Shown here one piece after another: positions 1 through 7,756 of a stretch of DNA of 64,000 bases (within the stretch, counting starts at the first letter, position 1; each line of letters begins with the position of its first letter). The stretch lies in contig DBFVEH010000021.1 in the NCBI GenBank assembly GCA_048526005.1, forward strand, positions 126,362 to 190,361. The letters are read 5' to 3'. The notes under the pieces are model-generated. The model was given only the letters and a program-made list of their open reading frames with translations, was not told the DNA's origin and did no database searches. Position numbers and translations under genes: made by a program. The DNA is from Eubacteriales bacterium. Lineage in GTDB: Bacteria > Bacillota > Clostridia > Oscillospirales > CAG-272.

Positions 1-909
1 AAGACGGTGCCTTTTACGCCTTTCACGCTGAGATTCAAAATATGGGGAACCGCATCGTCGGGACTGTTGACGATAACTTCGGGATAGGCGGAAAGTGCTC
101 GGCGCAGCGCGAGATTATGCTTTTCGACGATGCCTGTCCATTCGGCGCTATGCGCAAGCGCAAGCCGCAGGGCGGTTTCCAGCGCCGCACCGAGCGCAAG
201 CGTCGGCGTGCCGCTCCGGTAGGCTGTGACGCTCGCGCCGCCTTGGATCAGCGGATACAGCTCGACATTCCGGCGTTTGATAAGAAGCCCGCTGCCGTTC
301 AGTCCGTAGAACTTATGCGGCGCAAGGCTCAGGATATCGACGCCGTCCAAGACAAGCTCGGTTTTCCCGACCGCCTGCGTGGCGTCCACATGGAGCCGGC
401 ACGCGGGATAATCCTTTAAAATTTCCGCGATTCGAGCGATCGGCTGCACGATGCCGAGCTCGCTGTCGACGGCGCACACCGCCACAAGGGCGGTATCCTG
501 CGTCAGGAGGGAGCGGAGATGTTGCAGATTGATTTTTCCGTCGCGGTCAAGATTTAACAAATCGATTTGATATCCCTCTTTTTGCAGCTCATCAAGGCAT
601 GCGCCGACCGAGGAATGCTCGAGAGGCGTGGAGATCACGTGCTTTCCGGCGTGTGTTGCCGCCCGCAGAAGCCCCTTGACGGCGAGATTGTTGGATTCGC
701 TGGCGCCCGAGGTATAAATAATCTCCGACGGGGCGACGCCGAGAAGCCCTGCGACGGATTCGGTGACGCGCGCAAGCTCTTGGGCCGCCATTCTGCCGGC
801 TTCATGACCGGAATTGGCGTTGCCGACGAAGCTTTGTTCGATCTCGCAGAACCGCGCCAGCACGCGGGGGTCTGCGGGGGTGTTCGCGGCATAGTCGAGA
901 TAAATCATG
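1..909 (-). CDS. Cysteine desulfurase (class-V aminotransferase, NifS/IscS-like); C-terminus lies beyond the window start
   Basis: Own translation of the minus strand from ATG (rev-comp of cat 907-909): MIYLDYAANTPADPRVL..GNANSGHEAG..ILSLAPHKFYGLNG (PLP-lysine motif). No stop before position 1, so it is absent from the ORF track. Lies 36 nt downstream of mnmA. Confidence 0.8.
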
Positions 910-945
910 CGGTGCTCCTTTTCGGGGAGAGATATTGCAGGGCGG

Positions 946-2013
946 TCATTTTATGGTTCCGCCGCCGACGACCGTGTCGCCGTCGTAGAGCACGACCGCC
1001 TGCCCTTTGGTCACAGCCCTCTGCGGCTCGTCGAATTCGATGCGGAGCGTGTCCTCGTCCGTCTGAACGGCGGTCGCGGGCTGCTCCTTTTGGCGGTAAC
1101 GCAGCTTTGCCGTCACCCGCATCGGCTGTTCGATTTTCATAACGGAGATCAGATTGATGTCGCCGGCCTTCAGCTTATCGGTGTAAAGCTCTTCTCCATG
1201 TGAAAGCGTGACCGTATTGTCGACAGGGTCGATTTTTGTGACATACAGGCGCTCGGAGCTTGAAACGCCGAGGCCTTTCCGCTGTCCGACGGTGTAGCGG
1301 ACGATGCCCGCGTGCTCGCCGAGGATATTTCCTTTGGTGTCGATGAAATCTCCGTGCGGATATTTTTTTCCTCCGTACTGCTCGATGAAGCCCGCGTAAT
1401 CGCCGTCCGGGACAAAGCAGATATCCTGTGAATCGCGCTTGCGGGCAGTGACAAAGCCCTCATCCTCCGCAATTTTTCGGATTTCGGACTTCTGCATGGT
1501 GCCCAGCGGGAAAACCGTATGTGCGAGCTGCTCCTGCGTCAGCATATAGAGCACGTAGCTTTGATCCTTGCTTTCGTCGAGCGCCTTTTTGAGCAGATAT
1601 CTTCCCGTGCGGCTGTCCTGCTCGACTCTCGCATAATGTCCCGTGACGATCACGTCTGCGCCGCGTTCTTTCGCGGCGCGGAGCAGCTTGTCGAATTTCA
1701 TATGGCGGTTGCAGTCGATGCAGGGATTGGGCGTACCGCCGTTTTCATAGGTGCGGACAAATTTTTCGATGATTTTGTCTTTGAAATCCTCGCCGTAATC
1801 CAGAACCGAGTAGGGAATATCCAGCGCGAAGGCGACCTCGCTCGCATCCTCGATATCCTGCTCGGAGCAGCAGGTCCCGTGACTGCTGCGGCCGATATCC
1901 TCGTTATGGAAGAGCCGCATGGTGACGCCCTCGCAGTCATAACCGCGGCATTTCATAAAATAAGCGGCGACGGAGCTGTCAACGCCGCCGCTCATGGCAA
2001 TCAGTGCTTTCAT
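946..2013 (-). CDS. mnmA: tRNA 2-thiouridine(34) synthase MnmA
   Basis: ORF 946..2349 trimmed to MKALIAMSGGVDSSVAA (PP-loop SGGxDS). GGAG sits 7 nt upstream of ATG 2013. Full-length similarity pattern to MnmA (..CIDCNRHMKF..). Confidence 0.9.
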   Translation of the reverse strand: MKALIAMSGGVDSSVAAYFMKCRGYDCEGVTMRLFHNEDIGRSSHGTCCSEQDIEDASEVAFALDIPYSVLDYGEDFKDKIIEKFVRTYENGGTPNPCIDCNRHMKFDKLLRAAKERGADVIVTGHYARVEQDSRTGRYLLKKALDESKDQSYVLYMLTQEQLAHTVFPLGTMQKSEIRKIAEDEGFVTARKRDSQDICFVPDGDYAGFIEQYGGKKYPHGDFIDTKGNILGEHAGIVRYTVGQRKGLGVSSSERLYVTKIDPVDNTVTLSHGEELYTDKLKAGDINLISVMKIEQPMRVTAKLRYRQKEQPATAVQTDEDTLRIEFDEPQRAVTKGQAVVLYDGDTVVGGGTIK

Positions 2014-2024
2014 CGGTATACTCC

Positions 2025-2051
2025 AAAAAAGCTCCGGCATAGGCCCGGAGC
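2025..2051 (-). terminator. Intrinsic terminator/attenuator inside the mnmA leader
   Basis: Minus strand: GCTCCGG-N7-CCGGAGC followed by TTTTTT that runs directly into the GGAG SD of mnmA. Confidence 0.45.
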
Positions 2052-2119
2052 GGTTTTCGTCCGAACGGTCGGCGAAAAGGGAAAAGCTTTTTCGCCTACT
2101 GTTCCGGTATGTTATTTGT

Positions 2120-2148
2120 ATGATATCATGGACGGGCTTCTTTGTCAA
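2120..2148 (-). promoter_or_regulatory. Sigma-A-type promoter of the mnmA operon
   Basis: Minus strand: TTGACA (2148-2143), 17 nt spacer, TATCAT (2125-2120). Confidence 0.4.
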
Positions 2149-2441
2149 GGGAGCCGGACGGTTTTCATCCGTAAAATGATTTTGTGAAATGAAAATTCGG
2201 TATACCGAAGTACATCGGACAAGGTGAGAGGATTTCCTGTCGGATGGACTGCTCGGCAGGCTCTGATAAATGATCGTTTCCGTTGGTAGGGAGAGGACAG
2301 CGCTTTTGGCAATTATCTCGTTTCGCTCGCATTTATCTGTGCTGCCCACTCGTGGAAGATATCTCCTTTTGATCCGTCAGAACAGCGCGTCCTATGGGAA
2401 AAATGACCGAAATTTGTCCGACGGAACGACAAATTTTCGGC

Positions 2442-2470
2442 TTGCATTTTCGGAGGTTTTGTGTTATCAT
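2442..2470 (+). promoter_or_regulatory. Sigma-A-type promoter upstream of the MATE gene
   Basis: TTGCAT (2442-2447), 17 nt spacer, TATCAT (2465-2470), with TGT immediately upstream (extended -10). Confidence 0.4.
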
Positions 2471-2494
2471 AACATCTGCAAGTGCGTAGCGTAA

Positions 2495-2531
2495 GCGTAA
2501 GTCCGACTTCTCGTCGGGCTTACGCTTTTTT
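2495..2531 (+). terminator. Intrinsic terminator in the MATE leader (or 3' end of a ~55-nt sRNA)
   Basis: 13-bp stem gcgtaagtccgac / gtcgggcttacgc (one G-U pair), loop ttctc, then TTTTTT. Located between the promoter and ATG 2584. Confidence 0.5.
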
Positions 2532-2583
2532 GTGTCAAAAAACAGCCGGCGCCTGTCTTAGAGAGGAGAAAATAAGGATAGCA

Positions 2584-3996
2584 ATGGAACAAGAACGATT
2601 ACAGCAAAATAAAATGGCGGTCACGCCTATATCGAAGCTGATTTGGAAAATGGGACTGCCTATGATCGTCTCGATGGTTTTGCAGGCGGTCTATAATATC
2701 GTGGATACCGCTTTTGTCATCAATATGAGTGAAAACGGGACGGAAGGGAACCTCGCTTTGACGTATGCGTTCCCCATTCAGCTTTTGATTATCGCCGTCG
2801 GCGTCGGAACGGGCGTGGGCATCAACGTTCTGCTCTCCAAGAATCTCGGCGAGGGCAACCGCGAGAAAGCGAGCCGTGTCGCGGGAAACGGTATTTTTCT
2901 CGGCATTTGTATTTATGTCGTGTTTTTACTGTTCGGGATCTTCGGCTCCCGATGGTTTATCGCCGTGCAGGCGAACGGCAATGAAACGGTCGTGGAGATG
3001 GGCACGACCTATCTGACGATCTGCTGCTGTCTCTCTTTCGGCGCGGTCGGATTTACCGTATACGAGCGGTTTTTGCAGGCGGCGGGCAAAACCGGCTATT
3101 CCACGATTGCCCAAATAACCGGCGCCGTACTCAACATCGTTTTGGATTACGTATTCATCTTTCCGTGCGGCATGGGAATCGCCGGCGCGGCATGGGCGAC
3201 CGTCATCGGACAGATCGCGTCCCTTGTCACTGCGATGCTGTTCCATTATGCTGCCAATCGGGAGATCGACGGCAGTCTCCGCTATATCAAGCCTTCGGGA
3301 CGTTTGATCCGCGGTATTTATTCCGTCGGCATTACCGCGGCGATCATGCAGGGACTTTTGTCCGTCATGATGCTCGGCATGAATCTGATTCTCGGGACGG
3401 CGGGCGCAGATGCGGAGCTTCTTCAAGGCTCTTTCGGGATTTATTATAAAATCCAGCAGTTTGCGCTGTTCGCCGCTTTTGGGCTCAGCAACACGCTGAT
3501 CTCGGTCATTGCCTTCAATTACGGTATGAGAAGCAAAAAGCGCGTCCGGCAGGGGATTCTGTGGGGAATCGTCGATTCCGTCATCGTCGCCGCCGTCATC
3601 ACACTCTTGTTTCAGTGTCTTGCGGGGCAGCTTGCCGCGCTGTTCAGCATGACGGACGGCGGTTCGGCCGCCGTGCGTGAGGTCTGTGTGACCTCTATCC
3701 ATATTGCATCCATCGGATACATTTTTATGGCGTTCAGCGTCGCGATTCAAGGAATTTTACAGGCGTTCGGACAGGCGGTAAAACCGCTTCTGCTGTCGTT
3801 TTTCCGGCTGGTGCTGTTCGTGTTTCCCGTCGCGTATCTGTTTACCCTGTCGCAGGACGCCCTCTCTCTCGTTTGGTGGACCTTCCCGATTGCCGAGGTG
3901 CTGACGGCGGTGATCGCCGCATTCTTTCTGTTTTCGGCTTATAAAAAGCAGGTGGTGCCGATGGATCCCGCGTCTGAAATGAAAGAGACCGTGTAA
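2584..3996 (+). CDS. MATE family efflux transporter
   Basis: ORF 2482..3996 trimmed to MEQERLQQNKMAVTPISKLIWKMGLPMIVSM after GAGAGGAG. About 12 hydrophobic helices, with the typical MATE N-terminus and length (470 aa). Confidence 0.85.
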   Translation: MEQERLQQNKMAVTPISKLIWKMGLPMIVSMVLQAVYNIVDTAFVINMSENGTEGNLALTYAFPIQLLIIAVGVGTGVGINVLLSKNLGEGNREKASRVAGNGIFLGICIYVVFLLFGIFGSRWFIAVQANGNETVVEMGTTYLTICCCLSFGAVGFTVYERFLQAAGKTGYSTIAQITGAVLNIVLDYVFIFPCGMGIAGAAWATVIGQIASLVTAMLFHYAANREIDGSLRYIKPSGRLIRGIYSVGITAAIMQGLLSVMMLGMNLILGTAGADAELLQGSFGIYYKIQQFALFAAFGLSNTLISVIAFNYGMRSKKRVRQGILWGIVDSVIVAAVITLLFQCLAGQLAALFSMTDGGSAAVREVCVTSIHIASIGYIFMAFSVAIQGILQAFGQAVKPLLLSFFRLVLFVFPVAYLFTLSQDALSLVWWTFPIAEVLTAVIAAFFLFSAYKKQVVPMDPASEMKETV

Positions 3997-4110
3997 TACA
4001 CGGCTTCTTTTTTTATTAACATTTTATTCATATATTCTTGCCATATTTTTGGGACAAAGCCTGTATAATGATAATAAGTGCTCCAAATTACAGCATCATA
4101 GGAGGTCGCC

Positions 4111-4776
4111 GTGAAAGATCAGAACGAAAAAAAGCCGGAGAAAAAGGGTGCCGGGTGGAAAATGACATGGACATTTTTCGTTTACGCTGCGGCTCTTTTA
4201 TGCTTTGTCGGCGCGGGCGTTTTCTTCGGAATTTCCGCCGCTATGTCGGAGGAAAAGGATTTTTCTCCGGTTTTACAGTGTGCGGCGGGCGTTTTGCTTC
4301 TTCATCTTCCGTTTATATTCGAGCGGCTTTTGAAAATCGCGATCCCGAAATTCATGAAGGCCGTGTTTTATGTATTCTTAGTCGGTTCGATTTTGTGCGG
4401 CACGGTGCTTACGTTTTTCTATACGGTGCCGCATTGGGACGATATCATGCATTTTATCAGCGGCACGCTGGCGGGGCTTTTCGGATATGTTTTGTTAAAG
4501 CACGTTTTTCGCGGCCGTGAAGAGGTTCTTTCACCGTTGTTTGCGGCGTTTTTCGCAGTTTGCTTTGCGATGCTCGTCGGCTCGGTGTGGGAGATTTACG
4601 AATATGCGGCGGACGGGCTGGCGGGACTCAACATGCAGCGGTTCATGACGAGAGAGGGCGTGGCTCTCGTGGGAAGGGGCGCGCTTTACGACACGATGAA
4701 GGACATCATCGTGGATTTCTGCGGCGCGCTGCTCTCGGGGGTGCTGACCTTTTTCCACCGAAAGAAAGCGAAATAA
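4111..4776 (+). CDS. Multi-pass membrane protein, family uncertain (YjdF/DUF2238-like guess)
   Basis: GTG start 6 nt after AGGAGG. Several hydrophobic segments; motifs HWDDIMHF and WEIYEY. Followed by a strong terminator. Confidence 0.6.
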   Translation: MKDQNEKKPEKKGAGWKMTWTFFVYAAALLCFVGAGVFFGISAAMSEEKDFSPVLQCAAGVLLLHLPFIFERLLKIAIPKFMKAVFYVFLVGSILCGTVLTFFYTVPHWDDIMHFISGTLAGLFGYVLLKHVFRGREEVLSPLFAAFFAVCFAMLVGSVWEIYEYAADGLAGLNMQRFMTREGVALVGRGALYDTMKDIIVDFCGALLSGVLTFFHRKKAK

Positions 4777-4787
4777 TTTTGTATATA

Positions 4788-4825
4788 CAAAAGCCTCCGC
4801 CGCCCTTTGGGCGGCGGAGGCTTAT
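4788..4825. terminator. Bidirectional intrinsic terminator between convergent genes
   Basis: 13-bp GC stem gcctccgccgccc / gggcggcggaggc with loop ttt, flanked by an A-run and T-rich sequence. Confidence 0.6.
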
Positions 4826-4836
4826 TCGTGACGAAC

Positions 4837-5964
4837 TTATTCTTTGATGGAGATGCGGATGCCGTTGACCTCAACATCGTCGCCGGCTTGGATAAGGATA
4901 TACTTGACGCCGTCGATGATGCGCGTTTCCACGAGGTCACAGCGTTCCGGATTCACCTTGATGGAAACATCGGGCGTCTGGATTTCAAAGCGCTTGCAGT
5001 CGATGAGATTCTGCGGGTTGAGCACGGTGTCTGCGCCGAACTCGCTCTCATAATGCTCCTCAAAGGCTTTTAGCTGCGTCTCGCAGATGCCGCTGGCCTC
5101 CAAAACCTCTTTTACGGTTTCACGGGAGACGGCGGGCGGCTCTTCCTCTTTTCTTTCCTTGTTCTCCCGAATGATCTCCGAAAGCTCCTCATGGACGTTT
5201 TTCACCACCTCGAGGCTGCAATCCTCCGATACCGAGTCAAGGAGGACGGACTGAAAGGTCTCCTTTTGCTCCTCCGCCGGCAGCGGCAGCTCACTGCCGA
5301 ACAGCGCATCCACGAGCTCCGTCTGACTTTCTGAGGTGCTGCGCGTATAATACAGTGTTTTGTAGATATTGGCAGTCCTGTCGTCAAAGGTCGGGAACAG
5401 GAAGCCGAGCACCGGCGATGCCACCAAAGAGTCCGCGCCGATGTTGCAGAATTTGTTCTCATATGCGTGGTAGCCGAGCGAGGCCTTCGTCTGCTTGACA
5501 GGGCAGATGCAGCACAGGAAATAGGAAAAGACGCCGGCGTTTTCCGCTTTTTCTCCGTCTTTTGAGAAAGATGGAACATCGTATTTATCTCCCGCGAGAA
5601 GAATGAGATAGCTTCCCTCGATTTTGACAGAGCCGATAATGGTTTCATACAGCGTTTTTATGGCTGCGTCGTCGGCAAGCTCGGTCGAACGGAGGGTGGA
5701 GAGCAGCTTGTGCTGCTCGGAATCCAAGACCTGCTGCGCGGAAAATTCGATATCGATTAAATTTTTTCCGACGGTCCCCGAAAGCGTTTTTTTCAGTATG
5801 GAAAGCAGCTCTTCCGCCTCTTCGGTGGACATAAGGCCGAGCGATTCGTTGAATTCGGAGATGATTTCGCGATTCTCGTTTATGTAGCAGCCGCGGATGC
5901 GCGAGATGTTGCTTTTTTCCGCCTTGAATCTGCGGCGTATTTCCGCAATTTCTTTTTCATTCAT
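4837..5964 (-). CDS. DUF4317-family protein (conserved clostridial protein of unknown function)
   Basis: ORF 4837..6207 trimmed to MNEKEIAEIRRRFKAEKSNISRIRGCYINENREII. This N-terminus matches my memory of DUF4317 proteins. Confidence 0.65.
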   Translation of the reverse strand: MNEKEIAEIRRRFKAEKSNISRIRGCYINENREIISEFNESLGLMSTEEAEELLSILKKTLSGTVGKNLIDIEFSAQQVLDSEQHKLLSTLRSTELADDAAIKTLYETIIGSVKIEGSYLILLAGDKYDVPSFSKDGEKAENAGVFSYFLCCICPVKQTKASLGYHAYENKFCNIGADSLVASPVLGFLFPTFDDRTANIYKTLYYTRSTSESQTELVDALFGSELPLPAEEQKETFQSVLLDSVSEDCSLEVVKNVHEELSEIIRENKERKEEEPPAVSRETVKEVLEASGICETQLKAFEEHYESEFGADTVLNPQNLIDCKRFEIQTPDVSIKVNPERCDLVETRIIDGVKYILIQAGDDVEVNGIRISIKE

Positions 5965-6207
5965 GATAGATTTCCTCGTTTTCAAAGATTTGACGATTCT
6001 TATTCTAACACAGAAAGTACGATTTGTAAAGCGGACAAGGATCGTTTTTCTTGAATCGCAGCACTCACGATGACAGAAGTTTTTTTCGGGACTCTCTTGA
6101 ATCTTTATTTGACGGAAAATCAGGGCAGAAAGTTGCTTATTTCCTATAAAAACTGTAAAAATATGCAAAATTTTGTCTGTTTTACGCCAATATCCGTCGG
6201 GATACAC

Positions 6208-6236
6208 TTGAATTTTTACTCAAAAAATGTTATACT
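6208..6236 (+). promoter_or_regulatory. Sigma-A-type promoter (extended -10) upstream of the hydrogenase-sensor operon
   Basis: TTGAAT (6208-6213), 17 nt spacer, TGtTATACT (6228-6236). Confidence 0.4.
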
Positions 6237-6252
6237 GCTGTCGGTCGAAAAG

Positions 6253-6336
6253 GATGCCGGACGCCGGCGTCCGGCATCTCAGAGCGGATAGTAGGGACGG
6301 GCGGCGGGCATATCGATAAAAATATATCGATATGCC
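6253..6336 (+). promoter_or_regulatory. Two perfect palindromes/hairpins in the operon leader
   Basis: 26-nt perfect palindrome gatgccggacgccggcgtccggcatc (6253-6278). 12-bp inverted repeat ggcatatcgata-N6-tatcgatatgcc (6307-6336). Confidence 0.4.
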
Positions 6337-6426
6337 ATATTTACATTTTACTATTTAAAATTTATATGATAAAATATAATAGAAACAACATCGGTCAAAA
6401 TTGTCTGTGTTATGAGGAGGATTTTT

Positions 6427-7194
6427 ATGAAGCTTGACAAGATCCTTGCGGTCAGAAAGGGAAAGACCGTATATCGGGACGGCGCTGCCGCGATCAAGGT
6501 GTTTGACGAAAGCTATTCCAAGTCGGATATTCTGAATGAGGCGCTCAATCAGGCGAGAATCGAGGAAACGGGACTGAATATTCCGAAGATACTCGAGGTC
6601 GGAACGGTCGACGGCAAGTGGGCGCTCGTGTTGGAGTACATAGAAGGAAAAACGCTGTCGGAGCTGATGGCGGAAAATCCCGATAAAGCGGGAGAATATT
6701 TGGAGCTGTTCGTCTCTCTCCAAGAGCAGATCCACGAAAAAAAGGCGCCGCTGCTTACGACGCTGAAAGATAAGATGACGCGCAAAATTTCATATGCGGA
6801 GCTTGGAGCGACGGTGCGGTATGACTTGCAGCTCAAGCTTCGGGAAATGTCGGGTGCGAGCACCGTGTGCCATTGTGATTTCAGTCCATCGAATGTCGTT
6901 ATCCGAGACGACGGGACTCCTTATATCCTCGATTGGTCTCATGCGACGCAGGGAAATGCCTGCGTGGACGCGGCGGTCACTTATATTTTGTTTAAGCTTT
7001 CCAAGCAGGACGATACGGCGGAGGCTTATCTCTCGCTTTTCTGTGAAAAATCAGGCGTCGAGAGAGAGTCCGTTTTGAAATGGCTGCCGGTTGCGGCAGC
7101 GTCTAAATCCATCAAAAAAGAGGGAGAGGACAGAAAATTCCTTCTTTCTCTGGCAAATACGGTTGATTATGAAAACGGAGGGACAACATTATGA
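6427..7194 (+). CDS. Protein-kinase-like fold protein (aminoglycoside phosphotransferase/choline-kinase-type)
   Basis: ATG 6427 after GAGGAGG. AAIKVF (ATP-binding Lys), HCDFSPSNVVI (HxDxxxxN catalytic loop), ILDWSHA (metal-binding Asp). Its stop overlaps the next start (ATGA). Confidence 0.7.
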   Translation: MKLDKILAVRKGKTVYRDGAAAIKVFDESYSKSDILNEALNQARIEETGLNIPKILEVGTVDGKWALVLEYIEGKTLSELMAENPDKAGEYLELFVSLQEQIHEKKAPLLTTLKDKMTRKISYAELGATVRYDLQLKLREMSGASTVCHCDFSPSNVVIRDDGTPYILDWSHATQGNACVDAAVTYILFKLSKQDDTAEAYLSLFCEKSGVERESVLKWLPVAAASKSIKKEGEDRKFLLSLANTVDYENGGTTL

Positions 7195-7430
7195 AGGTCA
7201 CGGTATGTATCGGCAGCTCCTGCCATCTCAAAGGCTCGCGCAAGGTCGTCGAGGAGCTGAAAAGACTGATTTCCGAGGGACATCTTGAGGGCAAGGTCGA
7301 GCTTGCGGGCACGTTCTGCCTCGGGCAGTGTCAGCGAGGGGTATGCGTCACGATTGGCGACGAGATTTTTTCGGTGACGCCGGAAACGGTGGATGAATTT
7401 TTCCAATCGGAGATCGTATCAAAGCTCTAA
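7191..7430 (+). CDS. Thioredoxin-like [2Fe-2S] ferredoxin (NuoE/HndA-like), copy 1
   Basis: 79 aa. Cys pattern CIGSSC..FCLGQC (C-x4-C..C-x3-C). Confidence 0.75.
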   Translation: MKVTVCIGSSCHLKGSRKVVEELKRLISEGHLEGKVELAGTFCLGQCQRGVCVTIGDEIFSVTPETVDEFFQSEIVSKL

Positions 7431-7488
7431 ATCACAGACGGATCCAATATGCTTTTGTCGGTTCGGCAAACAGAGAAGGAGGTCTTTT

Positions 7489-7740
7489 ATGATCGTTCAG
7501 ATTTGTGTCGGAAGCTCCTGTCATATCAAGGGTTCGCATGAGATTGTGGAGCTGATGAAAAGGGCGGTTTCGGAGCATTCTTTGGAGGATGAGGTCACGC
7601 TTGCCGGCAGCTTTTGCATCGGCAAGTGCAACCGCGTCGGCGTGACGATCCAAGTGGATGACGACGTATATACCGGCGTGACGCCGTCGGGCTTCGATAT
7701 GTTTTTTCGCGAGAAGATTCTTGATAAGCTGAAATCGTGA
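7489..7740 (+). CDS. Thioredoxin-like [2Fe-2S] ferredoxin (NuoE/HndA-like), copy 2
   Basis: ORF 7393..7740 trimmed to MIVQICVGSSCHIKG after GAAGGAGG. Same C-x4-C..C-x3-C pattern; paralog of the preceding gene. Confidence 0.75.
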   Translation: MIVQICVGSSCHIKGSHEIVELMKRAVSEHSLEDEVTLAGSFCIGKCNRVGVTIQVDDDVYTGVTPSGFDMFFREKILDKLKS

Positions 7741-7756
7741 AAGGAGGAAAATCGTC

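Noticed and set aside
2183-2205. Rex-operator-like half site (TTGTGAAatgaaaATTCGGT).
   Set aside because: The second half does not match TTCACAA, and it lies upstream of mnmA rather than the redox/hydrogenase genes.
4038-4520. 160-aa alternative-frame ORF overlapping the 4111-4776 membrane-protein gene.
   Set aside because: Its composition is Arg/Gly/Phe-rich and it has no SD. The overlapping frame has AGGAGG-GTG, coherent TM helices and a terminator.
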